38,785 bases of DNA. Origin: Candidatus Saccharimonadota bacterium. Its GTDB lineage: Bacteria > Patescibacteriota > Saccharimonadia > Saccharimonadales > Saccharimonadaceae. How positions within the stretch are numbered: the stretch's first letter is position 1; the number at the start of each line of letters is the position of its first letter. Shown piece by piece: positions 18,234 through 26,546 of this stretch. The notes under the pieces are model-generated. The model ran no database searches, had not been told where the DNA came from, and worked only from the letters and a program-made list of their open reading frames with translations. The stretch spans positions 1-38,785 of the forward strand of contig JAFOJM010000041.1 in the NCBI GenBank assembly GCA_017420185.1, given 5' to 3'. Both the position numbers and the translations under genes were made by a program.

Positions 18234-18782
18234 ATGGCAGTAAATAGATATGATAGCACTAGGGCGTGGTACGCCATATCCACCTATAATGGCTATGAGG
18301 ATAAAGTAGCTGATAGTATTAATCAGCGCACAAGCACAGTAGAAATGGCAAATAAAATTTTTGAGGCGATTGTCCCAAAAGAAAAGCAGATTGAAATCAA
18401 AAATGGCAAGCGAAAAATAGTAGATCGCAAGATACTGCAGGGCTATGTACTGGTAGACATGAAATTGTCAGATGAGACTTGGTATATCATACGAAATACG
18501 CCTGGTGTAACTGGGTTTATTGGCACTGGCACTCAGCCAACTCCTGTATCTGAGAAGGAAATTGCAAAAATCAAGAAACGCATGGGCGTGGAAGATCCGA
18601 AGTTCTCAGTGAAATACGAGGTAGGTGAGGTAGTATCTATTACCGACGGACCATTTAAGGGCTTTGATGGAGCTATTTCTGAGATAGATGCCGCTAAGGG
18701 CAAGCTCAAAGTAATGGTGAGTATGTTTGGCCGTGAAACACCCGTAGAGTTGGATGCTTTACAAGTAAAACAGCTGAATTAA
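18234..18782 (+). CDS. nusG: Transcription termination/antitermination factor NusG
   Basis: WYAI.TY.GYE.KV, GYVLV, RNTPGVTGF, KOW (GPFKGFDG), FGRETPVEL. Confidence 0.98.
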   Translation: MAVNRYDSTRAWYAISTYNGYEDKVADSINQRTSTVEMANKIFEAIVPKEKQIEIKNGKRKIVDRKILQGYVLVDMKLSDETWYIIRNTPGVTGFIGTGTQPTPVSEKEIAKIKKRMGVEDPKFSVKYEVGEVVSITDGPFKGFDGAISEIDAAKGKLKVMVSMFGRETPVELDALQVKQLN

Positions 18783-18795
18783 TAAAATTTGCGTG

Positions 18796-18822
18796 AAAAA
18801 GGCCGCCCTTAGGCGGCCTTTG
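18796..18822. terminator. Bidirectional intrinsic terminator after nusG
   Basis: AAAAAGGCCGCC-CTTA-GGCGGCCTTT. Confidence 0.8.
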
Positions 18823-18838
18823 GTTTTACCCATAGAAG

Positions 18839-19306
18839 CTAGCTGAAGCTAGCTTCTATTTCTTTTTGCGAGATGGCGACTCGGACTTCATGCCTTGTGC
18901 GTTCGTGCGGGATATCGAGGTCTTTGTCTACTTTGGACAGACACTCCTCGAGTCTGGCAATCTTAGCATTGAGGCCGCCGAGCTCGGAGGTTTCAATCTT
19001 GAGCTGCCTTTTGCGGAGCCGTATTATCTGTGCGACTCCTATCGCAACTAAGCAGGCCGATATGGTCACGATGCAGATAATGGAAATACCTGTCATCTCC
19101 GCTACGTAAGCTATGACCATTGCAACTAAACCACTCAGCCCGCACCAAAACGTGGTGTTGGCGGACATCTTTAGCAGGTCTCTTGGCCCAAATTTGCTAT
19201 TTGCCAAAGATGCGCGTGCAAGGGTGGCTGTTGCCATACTTTCTATCAGCAACTCCCTTAATTCGTTTAAGTCTCTAATGTTCGTACTATCCGTTGTGTT
19301 GTTCAT
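18839..19306 (-). CDS. Hypothetical 2-TM protein inserted between nusG and rplK
   Basis: 155 aa; two hydrophobic helices and a short coiled coil; own SD and promoter (TTGACA...TGATACAAT). Confidence 0.7.
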   Translation of the reverse strand: MNNTTDSTNIRDLNELRELLIESMATATLARASLANSKFGPRDLLKMSANTTFWCGLSGLVAMVIAYVAEMTGISIICIVTISACLVAIGVAQIIRLRKRQLKIETSELGGLNAKIARLEECLSKVDKDLDIPHERTRHEVRVAISQKEIEASFS

Positions 19307-19458
19307 TGTTATATCTCTCCCTTTCCACGGATACTATCTTTTTATTGTATCATACTTTTGCTTATTTGTCAAGATTTACTATTGACAAAAGCGGTGGATA
19401 GCGGTAAAATTATGAATGTTACGCAAAATGCTTCTATTGTAATTAAAAAGGAAAAATT

Positions 19459-19887
19459 ATGGCAGAAAAGAAAGTAATAGGCAATCTTAAACTACGCATC
19501 CCAGCGGGACGCGCTACGGCAGGACCTCCAGTAGGGTCTACATTGGGTCAGTGGGGACTAAATATGATGGATTTTATCAATCCATTTAACGAGAAGACCA
19601 AGGACCTAATGGGCAAAAATGTGATAGTACATATTCGTGTATTTGAAGACCGCACTTTTGACTGGAAGAGTTTGGGGCAGCCTGTAGACGACTTGATCCG
19701 TGAGGCCATCAAGATAGAGAAGGGTAGTGGTAAGCCAAATACCGACAAGGTGGGCAAGATCACTAGAGCCCAGCTCCAGGAAATCGCCGAGAAGAAGATG
19801 GATCAGCTCAATGCCGTCGATATAGAAGGTGCTATTAAGATAGTAGCTGGTACTGCTCGCTCGATGGGAGTAGAAGTCGTAGACTAA
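19459..19887 (+). CDS. rplK: 50S ribosomal protein L11
   Basis: PAGRATAGPPVGSTLGQ, GTARSMG. Confidence 0.98.
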   Translation: MAEKKVIGNLKLRIPAGRATAGPPVGSTLGQWGLNMMDFINPFNEKTKDLMGKNVIVHIRVFEDRTFDWKSLGQPVDDLIREAIKIEKGSGKPNTDKVGKITRAQLQEIAEKKMDQLNAVDIEGAIKIVAGTARSMGVEVVD

Positions 19888-19896
19888 TCTATACTT

Positions 19897-19957
19897 AAAA
19901 TCCACTCCAGAAGGGGTGGATTTTTGGTTTGCAAAAAAGGCCCCGAAAGGGGCCTTA
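19897..19957. terminator. Back-to-back terminators for rplK (+) and the convergent gene (-)
   Basis: AAAATCCACTCC-AGAA-GGGGTGGATTTTT and AAAAAAGGCCCC-GAAA-GGGGCCTT. Confidence 0.8.
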
Positions 19958-21124
19958 TGGCACATAAACATACTTAGCATATAGCATTGTGGCGATTTTG
20001 CGGTAACTGTCATCGTAGAATGGGCAGTCGCCATCCATTTCTGAGTAACTGCTAGTATCAAATAGCATCTTCCCTGTGACTCTTTGGAATCCTTTGTGTA
20101 AAAGCCTATATTGCAAGAGCGAGTTCTCGAGCCTTTCGATACACTGAGACCTGGCTGGACTATGCCGATAGGCGCTGGTGATGTTCGACATCTGAGAAAC
20201 GAATGTTTTCTTACTGATATTTTTGCCAGCCCACACTGAGCTGAAGTAAATGTGTACAGCATGAGGACTGCCAGGGCAAAGCTCGGAATCGGCTTTAAGC
20301 GCATCTAGCATGTAAATGTCCAGATCCGAATCAGCTACGCCGTAGCCCTTGAGGCGGGAACCGCCAATGAGAATTATCTCATCATCTTGCAAGTTGGCAA
20401 CCACTCTAGAGATATCTTTTCGCATAGTTTTGAAATTAGGTGAGAAGGGACCTTCTAAATGCGCATTTGGCGTGAGTAGGCGACCGGATAAATCTTGCTG
20501 ACGGTGAGCTAGCCACTTGAGGCGCGCGTCAGATATGTAGGTGGGCGGAAGCTTTCTCCGAGGCGGGACAATACCTATGGCTTCGTCAAGGCGACGAAGC
20601 TCAGTGCTAGGCAAAATCATTCTGTCCTGCATATAGTCTAGGGTATCTTTGAAACTCCTTAATAGTATTACATCATCATGATGTTCTTGGATGATTTTCA
20701 TCAGCTCATCTATGCTCAGGAAATTGTACTTGATAAGCCAAGGCGTAAGGTGGGCACATTTTACCACGCGCTCGACTTTGCCATTTGGCCTAGCATCCAC
20801 TTCAAAGACATCGCCTTCGAAGAAATTTTCTCGTACGTCGTAGACGCCAAGCAGCGAATACCATGCGGCCATATAGGTAGCCTTGAATTTCGCGGAGGCG
20901 CTTTGGAGTATTTCGAAAGGTAAGTACAACAGAATCCTACGATAATCTGAAGAAATCAGGAGAGATTGTACGGCGCTGTAAAGTTTTTTCCGGGCCGTAA
21001 ATGGATTTGTGATAACACTGGTTGGATCTAAGTAGTAACAGATTGTTTCGGTAGCTTTTCGCCTTTTGTCATCCATAATATGATCAGATGCGAAACGTTC
21101 GATAATCGGAATGGAATAATTCAT
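19955..21124 (-). CDS. Hypothetical protein with a C-terminal minimal nucleotidyltransferase (pol-beta superfamily) motif
   Basis: ILIGGSRLKGYGVADSDLDIY fits hG[GS]x9-13DxD; start at ATG 21124 after SD GAAAGGAG. Confidence 0.7.
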   Translation of the reverse strand: MNYSIPIIERFASDHIMDDKRRKATETICYYLDPTSVITNPFTARKKLYSAVQSLLISSDYRRILLYLPFEILQSASAKFKATYMAAWYSLLGVYDVRENFFEGDVFEVDARPNGKVERVVKCAHLTPWLIKYNFLSIDELMKIIQEHHDDVILLRSFKDTLDYMQDRMILPSTELRRLDEAIGIVPPRRKLPPTYISDARLKWLAHRQQDLSGRLLTPNAHLEGPFSPNFKTMRKDISRVVANLQDDEIILIGGSRLKGYGVADSDLDIYMLDALKADSELCPGSPHAVHIYFSSVWAGKNISKKTFVSQMSNITSAYRHSPARSQCIERLENSLLQYRLLHKGFQRVTGKMLFDTSSYSEMDGDCPFYDDSYRKIATMLYAKYVYVP

Positions 21125-21298
21125 CTTATTCTCCTTTCTGTATGTTAATGTGCTGAAAATATTATAACATAGACTGTGTATTTGTGTACTATAACAACAT
21201 AAGTATGTGATTTGGCTATGGTAAGAGATTGACTTTTTAGCCAAATATAGTACGATAATAATGTGAATTAGTATCTTAACAATCAAGGAGGAGTAGCG

Positions 21299-22501
21299 AT
21301 GGCAAAACCTGTAAAAGAAATTCGGGCTAATACTTACGCGGACGACATAAAAGAGATAAGAAAACCTCTAGCTTGGACGTCAACATTCGTTATCGTAGCG
21401 GCTTTGTTGGTTTGGATTACTCCCGCTCTTGACAGCCAAAAAGCGTACGATGCGTTTCCGAAGTATCAAGAGATTGCCATTATGGCAAACAGAGACCTTA
21501 ACACAGATCAGCGACAGATGCTAGTGGAGTGGGCGCCAAACTTAAGCACCGACGACCTAGATAAAGATGGATTCCTAAAGCCTCGTGAAATGCCAAAGAC
21601 TTTTATAGAGGCGTTTCTGAAGTATCTGCCTGATGCGGCTATGATACTGTTATTTATTTTTTCGGTACTTGTGGTTGCGTTTTATTGGCTTTACCGGCAA
21701 ACGTGTTTTTATTTTGCTAATCTACCGCTTAGGAGTTTCTGGGGATGGTTTGTCCTTATTGCTGGCTTTGTGGGCTGGCCGTATTTTATCGTGTCCAGAA
21801 TACTGCTTTGGCGCTTTAAAAAGCGTAGAGGTGACGAGGCAGAAATAATTACAGCTAGACTTCCTGACATCAAACCAAAGTGGCAGGAGAAGGATTTTAT
21901 CGAGTTTTACCATGATATGTTGCCTTTTCGTAAACGTTTGGCTCGCGCAAGGAAAAACCTAGCTGAATCCGAAAATGAGGTTAAGATCTTGGAGGAGAAG
22001 CTAAAAAACGATGTAGCCGCCCTTGAGAGTGCGCAATCTTATATGAGCCGTAATCTTGCTAAGCTAAATGCATTGAAGTCTATGGAGAATACGGATGTAT
22101 CAATCCAGCCATACTTGCAGCGGGCATTGCATGATTTTGCAGAAATAAAAGCAATGCGTGGTGTAAAACAGATTTACTTAGACGACAATAAAAATCTAAT
22201 AATCGTAGTTCGATGCGTATACGAGTACTCTGGCCTAGCATATGACGCTGGTGATTTTGAGATCCAAATAAGCGACGGTCGTGTCACAGCTCGCCAGACA
22301 AGAAGCGTAGGTGGCTTTTATAACTATGGCGAGAACTTTTGTTTTGGCAACAGTCGTGTGGTGATAAATGACTACGCCGCCGAAGGTCGCCTAGTGGAGG
22401 CAATAGCGCTGGCCGTCGAAAGTCTCAGCCATATCAACGAAGAGGATATACAGTCTTTCCTAAAGCACAGCAAAGTTGTTGCAAAGAAACTAATTGACTA
22501 A
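21299..22501 (+). CDS. Membrane-anchored coiled-coil protein with a C-terminal putative prokaryotic E2-like domain
   Basis: Three TM segments, coiled coil, then MRGVK..YDAGDFEI..NFCFGN..SLSHIN; paralogous to the next ORF; SD AAGGAGG. Confidence 0.6.
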   Translation: MAKPVKEIRANTYADDIKEIRKPLAWTSTFVIVAALLVWITPALDSQKAYDAFPKYQEIAIMANRDLNTDQRQMLVEWAPNLSTDDLDKDGFLKPREMPKTFIEAFLKYLPDAAMILLFIFSVLVVAFYWLYRQTCFYFANLPLRSFWGWFVLIAGFVGWPYFIVSRILLWRFKKRRGDEAEIITARLPDIKPKWQEKDFIEFYHDMLPFRKRLARARKNLAESENEVKILEEKLKNDVAALESAQSYMSRNLAKLNALKSMENTDVSIQPYLQRALHDFAEIKAMRGVKQIYLDDNKNLIIVVRCVYEYSGLAYDAGDFEIQISDGRVTARQTRSVGGFYNYGENFCFGNSRVVINDYAAEGRLVEAIALAVESLSHINEEDIQSFLKHSKVVAKKLID

Positions 22502-22563
22502 TTCACGCGCCCTAGCCGGATGGCTAGGGTATTTTTAAAGTCTCAATACATAATTCGCCGTAT

Positions 22564-22592
22564 TTGACAGGAGTGGTGTAATATGTTAGGAT
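22564..22592 (+). promoter_or_regulatory. Sigma70 promoter for the E2-like/JAB/Ubl operon
   Basis: TTGACA-17-TAGGAT with extended TG, following a terminator at 22510-22537. Confidence 0.65.
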
Positions 22593-22652
22593 AATATAAG
22601 GCGAAGATTTTGCTAATCTTTGTACTTTAAAAAGAAGAAAGGTTGTGAAGAA

Positions 22653-23489
22653 ATGGCTGAGTCTAAGAAGGCCATGCAAGACGATGAGTATCGCGATAGC
22701 TTAGAGAAAGTTGCACGATTTATCGCGGAGTATCGGACTGATGTAGCAAAAAGATCGATCCATACGATTGGAGCAATTATCGACTGCTATAGTTTCGACC
22801 CTCTTTTCTGCGCGGATGAAATTAATGCCCTGAGTGAGGCGAGAAACAAAATGGCGGTGGTGGCCGCCGATGAAGATGCTCGCTATGAGTGCCTGGTGGC
22901 AGAAGATGTTTTGGCACAGCTGTTGGCTATTCGCGGCGTAAAATCGGTGGGGGTTTCTATCGATGAAGCTGGCGAAAAGCTGCTTACCATCATGATTCAG
23001 GCTTATTATCTGCACAATGGCTACGTTTACGACGCTGGCCTTTGGGAATGGATGGTACCTACGGTAGGCAGGGCAACAGCGGGATATACGCTATATCCGG
23101 GTACGTACACGACCGAGGACGTATTGGAAGATGGAACTCCTTGCCTTATTGAGGCCGATTTTTTGGAGGGCATCTTTACCGACTCCACAGGAGCGAAAAA
23201 ATCCCATCCGTTTTACGGCGGCTGGAGCGGCTTTTGCTTCGGCTCAATGGACGCCGAGATTAAAAATTATCTCCTGACTGGGGATTTCGTATCGGCTTTC
23301 CAGCTGATATCGCTTTGCCTGCATCATATTAACCCCTCCGACAAGTGTCTCATCGTGCAGTATTTTGAAAGGGTAGACGATATGGATATCTGCGACATAG
23401 CGAGATACTTTGGTCTGAACACAAAAGAAACTGAGCTGGTGTCGGCTATGCGAAATACCCTCGAATGTCTAAACGATACTGAAGACTAG
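22653..23489 (+). CDS. Putative prokaryotic E2 (ubiquitin-conjugating-like) protein
   Basis: IRGVK..YDAGLWEW..SHPFYGGWSGFCFG (HP..C spacing resembling UBC folds), then a helix ending CLHHINP; adjacent to JAB and Ubl. Confidence 0.6.
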   Translation: MAESKKAMQDDEYRDSLEKVARFIAEYRTDVAKRSIHTIGAIIDCYSFDPLFCADEINALSEARNKMAVVAADEDARYECLVAEDVLAQLLAIRGVKSVGVSIDEAGEKLLTIMIQAYYLHNGYVYDAGLWEWMVPTVGRATAGYTLYPGTYTTEDVLEDGTPCLIEADFLEGIFTDSTGAKKSHPFYGGWSGFCFGSMDAEIKNYLLTGDFVSAFQLISLCLHHINPSDKCLIVQYFERVDDMDICDIARYFGLNTKETELVSAMRNTLECLNDTED

Positions 23490-23511
23490 CGTAAAGGAGG
23501 GCTTAAACCGT

Positions 23512-24123
23512 ATGTATAGTAATCTCTCGACTCCGGAGGTATCTCAGAGCTATCGGCTAATTATTGATATAGAGCTATATCAATATATAATGACGCTGGC
23601 ACAGGAATCTACGCCCAACGAAATAATCGGTATGGGCGCAATCGTGAAAGAATACCACAAGCATTATACGGATTTTATCCTGACGGATGTAATAGTACCA
23701 GAGCAATATGTTTCGCCGGGATACTGCGCTTTTAAGGAGGGCGCCCAAAACAAGATTATCAGAGACGTGATTGAAGGCGGTGGTAATCCAGAAGAACTGT
23801 GTTTTCGATGGCATTCACACGCCAATGGTCCGGTGTTTTTCTCGTTGCTAGACGAGGAGGATATCGCTAATTGCGATTCGCCTTATGTAGTAAATATGGT
23901 AATAAACGCCAAGCATGAGATGATAGCAAGGCTTGATGTGTTTGAGCCGGTGCATTTTCGCAATATACCAGTGAGCATCATAATCAAGCCTATACCCTAT
24001 GAGGGGCTCATCGTAGAATGTCAAGAAAATATCAGGTCATGCTGCGAAACAATTACTCGTAAGGATGGGCCCAAGGGGCGCATTACGAGAATTATGCCTA
24101 ACGGCAGAAAGGAGCGTTCGTGA
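23512..24123 (+). CDS. JAB/MPN+ (JAMM) zinc metalloprotease, deubiquitinase-like
   Basis: PNEIIG (catalytic Glu), VIVPEQ, WHSHANGPVFFSLLD = HxHx7SxxD. Confidence 0.9.
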   Translation: MYSNLSTPEVSQSYRLIIDIELYQYIMTLAQESTPNEIIGMGAIVKEYHKHYTDFILTDVIVPEQYVSPGYCAFKEGAQNKIIRDVIEGGGNPEELCFRWHSHANGPVFFSLLDEEDIANCDSPYVVNMVINAKHEMIARLDVFEPVHFRNIPVSIIIKPIPYEGLIVECQENIRSCCETITRKDGPKGRITRIMPNGRKERS

Positions 24124-24190
24124 TATAGCGATATCGTATATAATCAAACATCGTACTAAAGGATTATATTTAGACTAAGGAGGAACAAAT

Positions 24191-24472
24191 ATGTCTATGA
24201 TTAAAAGAACGTCAACAATCCAATCCACAACTCAGAATACCACCGAGACAATGGACAACACGAAGGTGCGCATCGCCAACGGCGCCGGCAGAAAGCCCAT
24301 TATAGTTGACTACATCCAGGGGGAGACCTTTGAAGGCCTGTTTGCTCGCACCGGCGTGCGACCGCACGTGGGACAGATCGTGACAAACGGCAAGAAGCAT
24401 GTGCGCGACTTTCACGATCTGGTTGAGCCCGGTACAACCATTGTCATAGCTAATCGGCCAAATAACGGCTGA
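24191..24472 (+). CDS. Ubiquitin-like (beta-grasp) small protein with C-terminal Gly
   Basis: KVRIANG..IIVDY..GETFEGLF..G..VTNG..LVEPGTTIVIANRPNNG*; ThiS/MoaD/Prok-Ub pattern; strong SD; terminator at 24491-24518. Confidence 0.75.
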   Translation: MSMIKRTSTIQSTTQNTTETMDNTKVRIANGAGRKPIIVDYIQGETFEGLFARTGVRPHVGQIVTNGKKHVRDFHDLVEPGTTIVIANRPNNG

Positions 24473-24533
24473 GCGGCGACCTTTCTTCTTAAATCCACCC
24501 TTAGCCGGGTGGATTTTTATAGGGGGTAGACAT

Positions 24534-24562
24534 TTGACATTTTACAGAAATTTTGATATAGT
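24534..24562 (+). promoter_or_regulatory. Sigma70 promoter for the pseudokinase-vWA-PurA-like operon
   Basis: TTGACA-17-TATAGT with extended TG. Confidence 0.7.
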
Positions 24563-24638
24563 TATAAGGATATCCCTTTGCATACAACAGGGGTATTGAT
24601 GTTTAAAAATATGTTTTACAGAAAGGAAGTGATGAAAA

Positions 24639-25442
24639 TTGAAAGTTCGAGACGTAAGGATAGACAATAGAATTGGCGAATCCGCCAAAGTTCACATCTA
24701 TCTAGGAACCGCAGAAGACGATTCACGCGTAATCGTGAAGGTATCAAAGACTTTTGAAGATGGCAATATTTTGGCTAAAGAAGCTATTCGGTTTGGCCTG
24801 ATGCATACTTTTTACCAGAAGGCGGTAGTACCAGCACTAGAAGCGCCCGACGTGAAGAACCCGCATTTCGATTGGCTATTTGCCAGGTTGTTATCTTCTT
24901 TTATGGATCCGTTCCAGGAAGATCGGCGTGTTAATATATTAACAGTGCCCGATACTAGCGTTGCCAAGCTAACGCCATTGGCGAAGCTGCGCGACAAGAC
25001 CGAAATAGACACTCGCACCAGTGTATGGATACTGGGGAGACTTTTTAAGTTTTACGGCTTTTTCGAGATAATGGCGATTGCCGATAATAGTTCTGCGGCG
25101 AGGTATCCTCTTTTTTCACCTGGGGATTATTTACTGGGACCAGAAAGACATCGTTTGATCTACTACAATTATTCGGGCGATATGACCGCTGTGATAGCTA
25201 ACGATTTTGTTAAAAAAGTCACTGGGTATATCAAAGACTGGACAGTAGGAGATGATAACGATGCGGACAAGCGATATCTTGAACTTATCAAAGACCTTTC
25301 GGAAAATGGACGTGAATCATTTGAACATGCGCATGGTGAGCTCTATCGACTAGCGAACGAGCTGTGGGGGATAAAATATCACCCATTTACTTATCGCGAC
25401 TGCGAGACTTACACATGGAAAACTATCAAGGAGGAAAACTAA
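24639..25442 (+). CDS. Ser/Thr protein-kinase-fold protein, probably a pseudokinase
   Basis: IGES..HIYLG (subdomain I), VIVKV (II), LAKEA (III), VWILGRLF, FSPGDYLLGPERHRLIYYNYS (degenerate VIb/VII). Confidence 0.65.
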   Translation: MKVRDVRIDNRIGESAKVHIYLGTAEDDSRVIVKVSKTFEDGNILAKEAIRFGLMHTFYQKAVVPALEAPDVKNPHFDWLFARLLSSFMDPFQEDRRVNILTVPDTSVAKLTPLAKLRDKTEIDTRTSVWILGRLFKFYGFFEIMAIADNSSAARYPLFSPGDYLLGPERHRLIYYNYSGDMTAVIANDFVKKVTGYIKDWTVGDDNDADKRYLELIKDLSENGRESFEHAHGELYRLANELWGIKYHPFTYRDCETYTWKTIKEEN

Positions 25443-26521
25443 TGGGAACAGGAACATTTTCGGTAGATAGTTATCGCGCTGCACGCCGCGAATACGGCGT
25501 GATGCACGACGTAGGAATAACCAAAGAAGCAGAGGAGCGAGCTCAGCAAACCGGTAAGCTCAGTGAGATTGTAGACCCGGCGATAGATCCGGTTCGCAGA
25601 TCACTGATTCGACTGGCTCCTCATCAAAAGAAGTGGATGGTTACCGTAGGGTGCCCGATGGATATCGAGGTAACTTGCGACACCACTGGCTCGATGGGTG
25701 GCGAGGTCGATACGGAAATGGCCGTGCTGCCAGAGCTATACGAAGCTGTGGCAAAAGTATTGCCCGGATACGACCCGCAGTTGTGTTTGGGTATATTTGG
25801 CGACGTGCTTGATGATTTCGTGCTGTGCCGTCCGCAATTTGAGATGGAAGCACCTAAAATTGTGCGTTACCTCAAAGAGATGGCCCCGCAACGTGGTGGG
25901 TACGACGAGCCGGAGGACCCACAATATGCGATGTTCGCGAGGGCATATTTAACCAGTACCTACGTCAACCGCATTGGTCTGAAGGGCTACCATTTCGTAG
26001 TGACAGATGCAACTTGCCATACGTGTATCGAACGAGAAGAAATTAAGCGTATTTTTGGAAAGGAGATTTTCGAAAATGAGCTCAAGGATATGACAAGCAT
26101 CCCTACGTTGCAAGAAGTGATCTCGAAATTAAAAGACAATACGCATCAGTTCGTACTGGCGCTCAATTCCTATGTCGCTTCTTTTTGGAGAGAATTATGC
26201 GGCGATAGGTCAGTAGTCAGAATCGACTCCACTCGTCAGCTGCCGGCAGTAATATCTGCTATTATCGGCTTGACCGAGGGAACAATGGATATCGCTGAGA
26301 TAGCCGAACATCTTGGAAGAAGTGCGTCCACGCGAGTGGTGGAAGATATTGCTTATATCGATATTGGCGCACAGGCTAGGTTGCGGCATAAATGGCGTAT
26401 CCCTGTACCGAAAAAAGGTGACATTTTTGCCCATAAGGGCGATCTCTCACCGATGCAGCCCGGAGATGCCGCGGAAGCGGATACAGAAGCAGAAGCCACA
26501 GATCAAATTAGATATCTGTAG
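25442..26521 (+). CDS. von Willebrand factor A (vWA) domain protein
   Basis: MIDAS DTTGSM, IFGD, GG..EPED, KGYHFVVTD; start overlaps the upstream stop (TAATG). Confidence 0.85.
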   Translation: MGTGTFSVDSYRAARREYGVMHDVGITKEAEERAQQTGKLSEIVDPAIDPVRRSLIRLAPHQKKWMVTVGCPMDIEVTCDTTGSMGGEVDTEMAVLPELYEAVAKVLPGYDPQLCLGIFGDVLDDFVLCRPQFEMEAPKIVRYLKEMAPQRGGYDEPEDPQYAMFARAYLTSTYVNRIGLKGYHFVVTDATCHTCIEREEIKRIFGKEIFENELKDMTSIPTLQEVISKLKDNTHQFVLALNSYVASFWRELCGDRSVVRIDSTRQLPAVISAIIGLTEGTMDIAEIAEHLGRSASTRVVEDIAYIDIGAQARLRHKWRIPVPKKGDIFAHKGDLSPMQPGDAAEADTEAEATDQIRYL

Positions 26522-26546
26522 ACAAAGCAATACGGAGGTGTTGGCC

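Noticed and set aside
17741-20304. Antisense ORFs 17741-18283, 19548-19763 and 19606-20304
   Set aside because: They are shadow frames of secE, nusG, rplK and the NTase-motif gene, with no SD or recognisable motifs; the same applies to most short overlapping ORFs in the track.
19955-24472. Canonical CBASS or Bil system
   Set aside because: No E1 domain, no recognisable CD-NTase architecture or effector, and the NTase-motif gene is on the opposite strand.
24191-24472. ThiS/MoaD sulfur carrier for cofactor biosynthesis linked to the SufS-like gene
   Set aside because: It lacks the di-Gly end, has no thiamine or molybdopterin genes nearby, and is in an operon with E2-like and JAB genes; the desulfurase is about 12 kb away.
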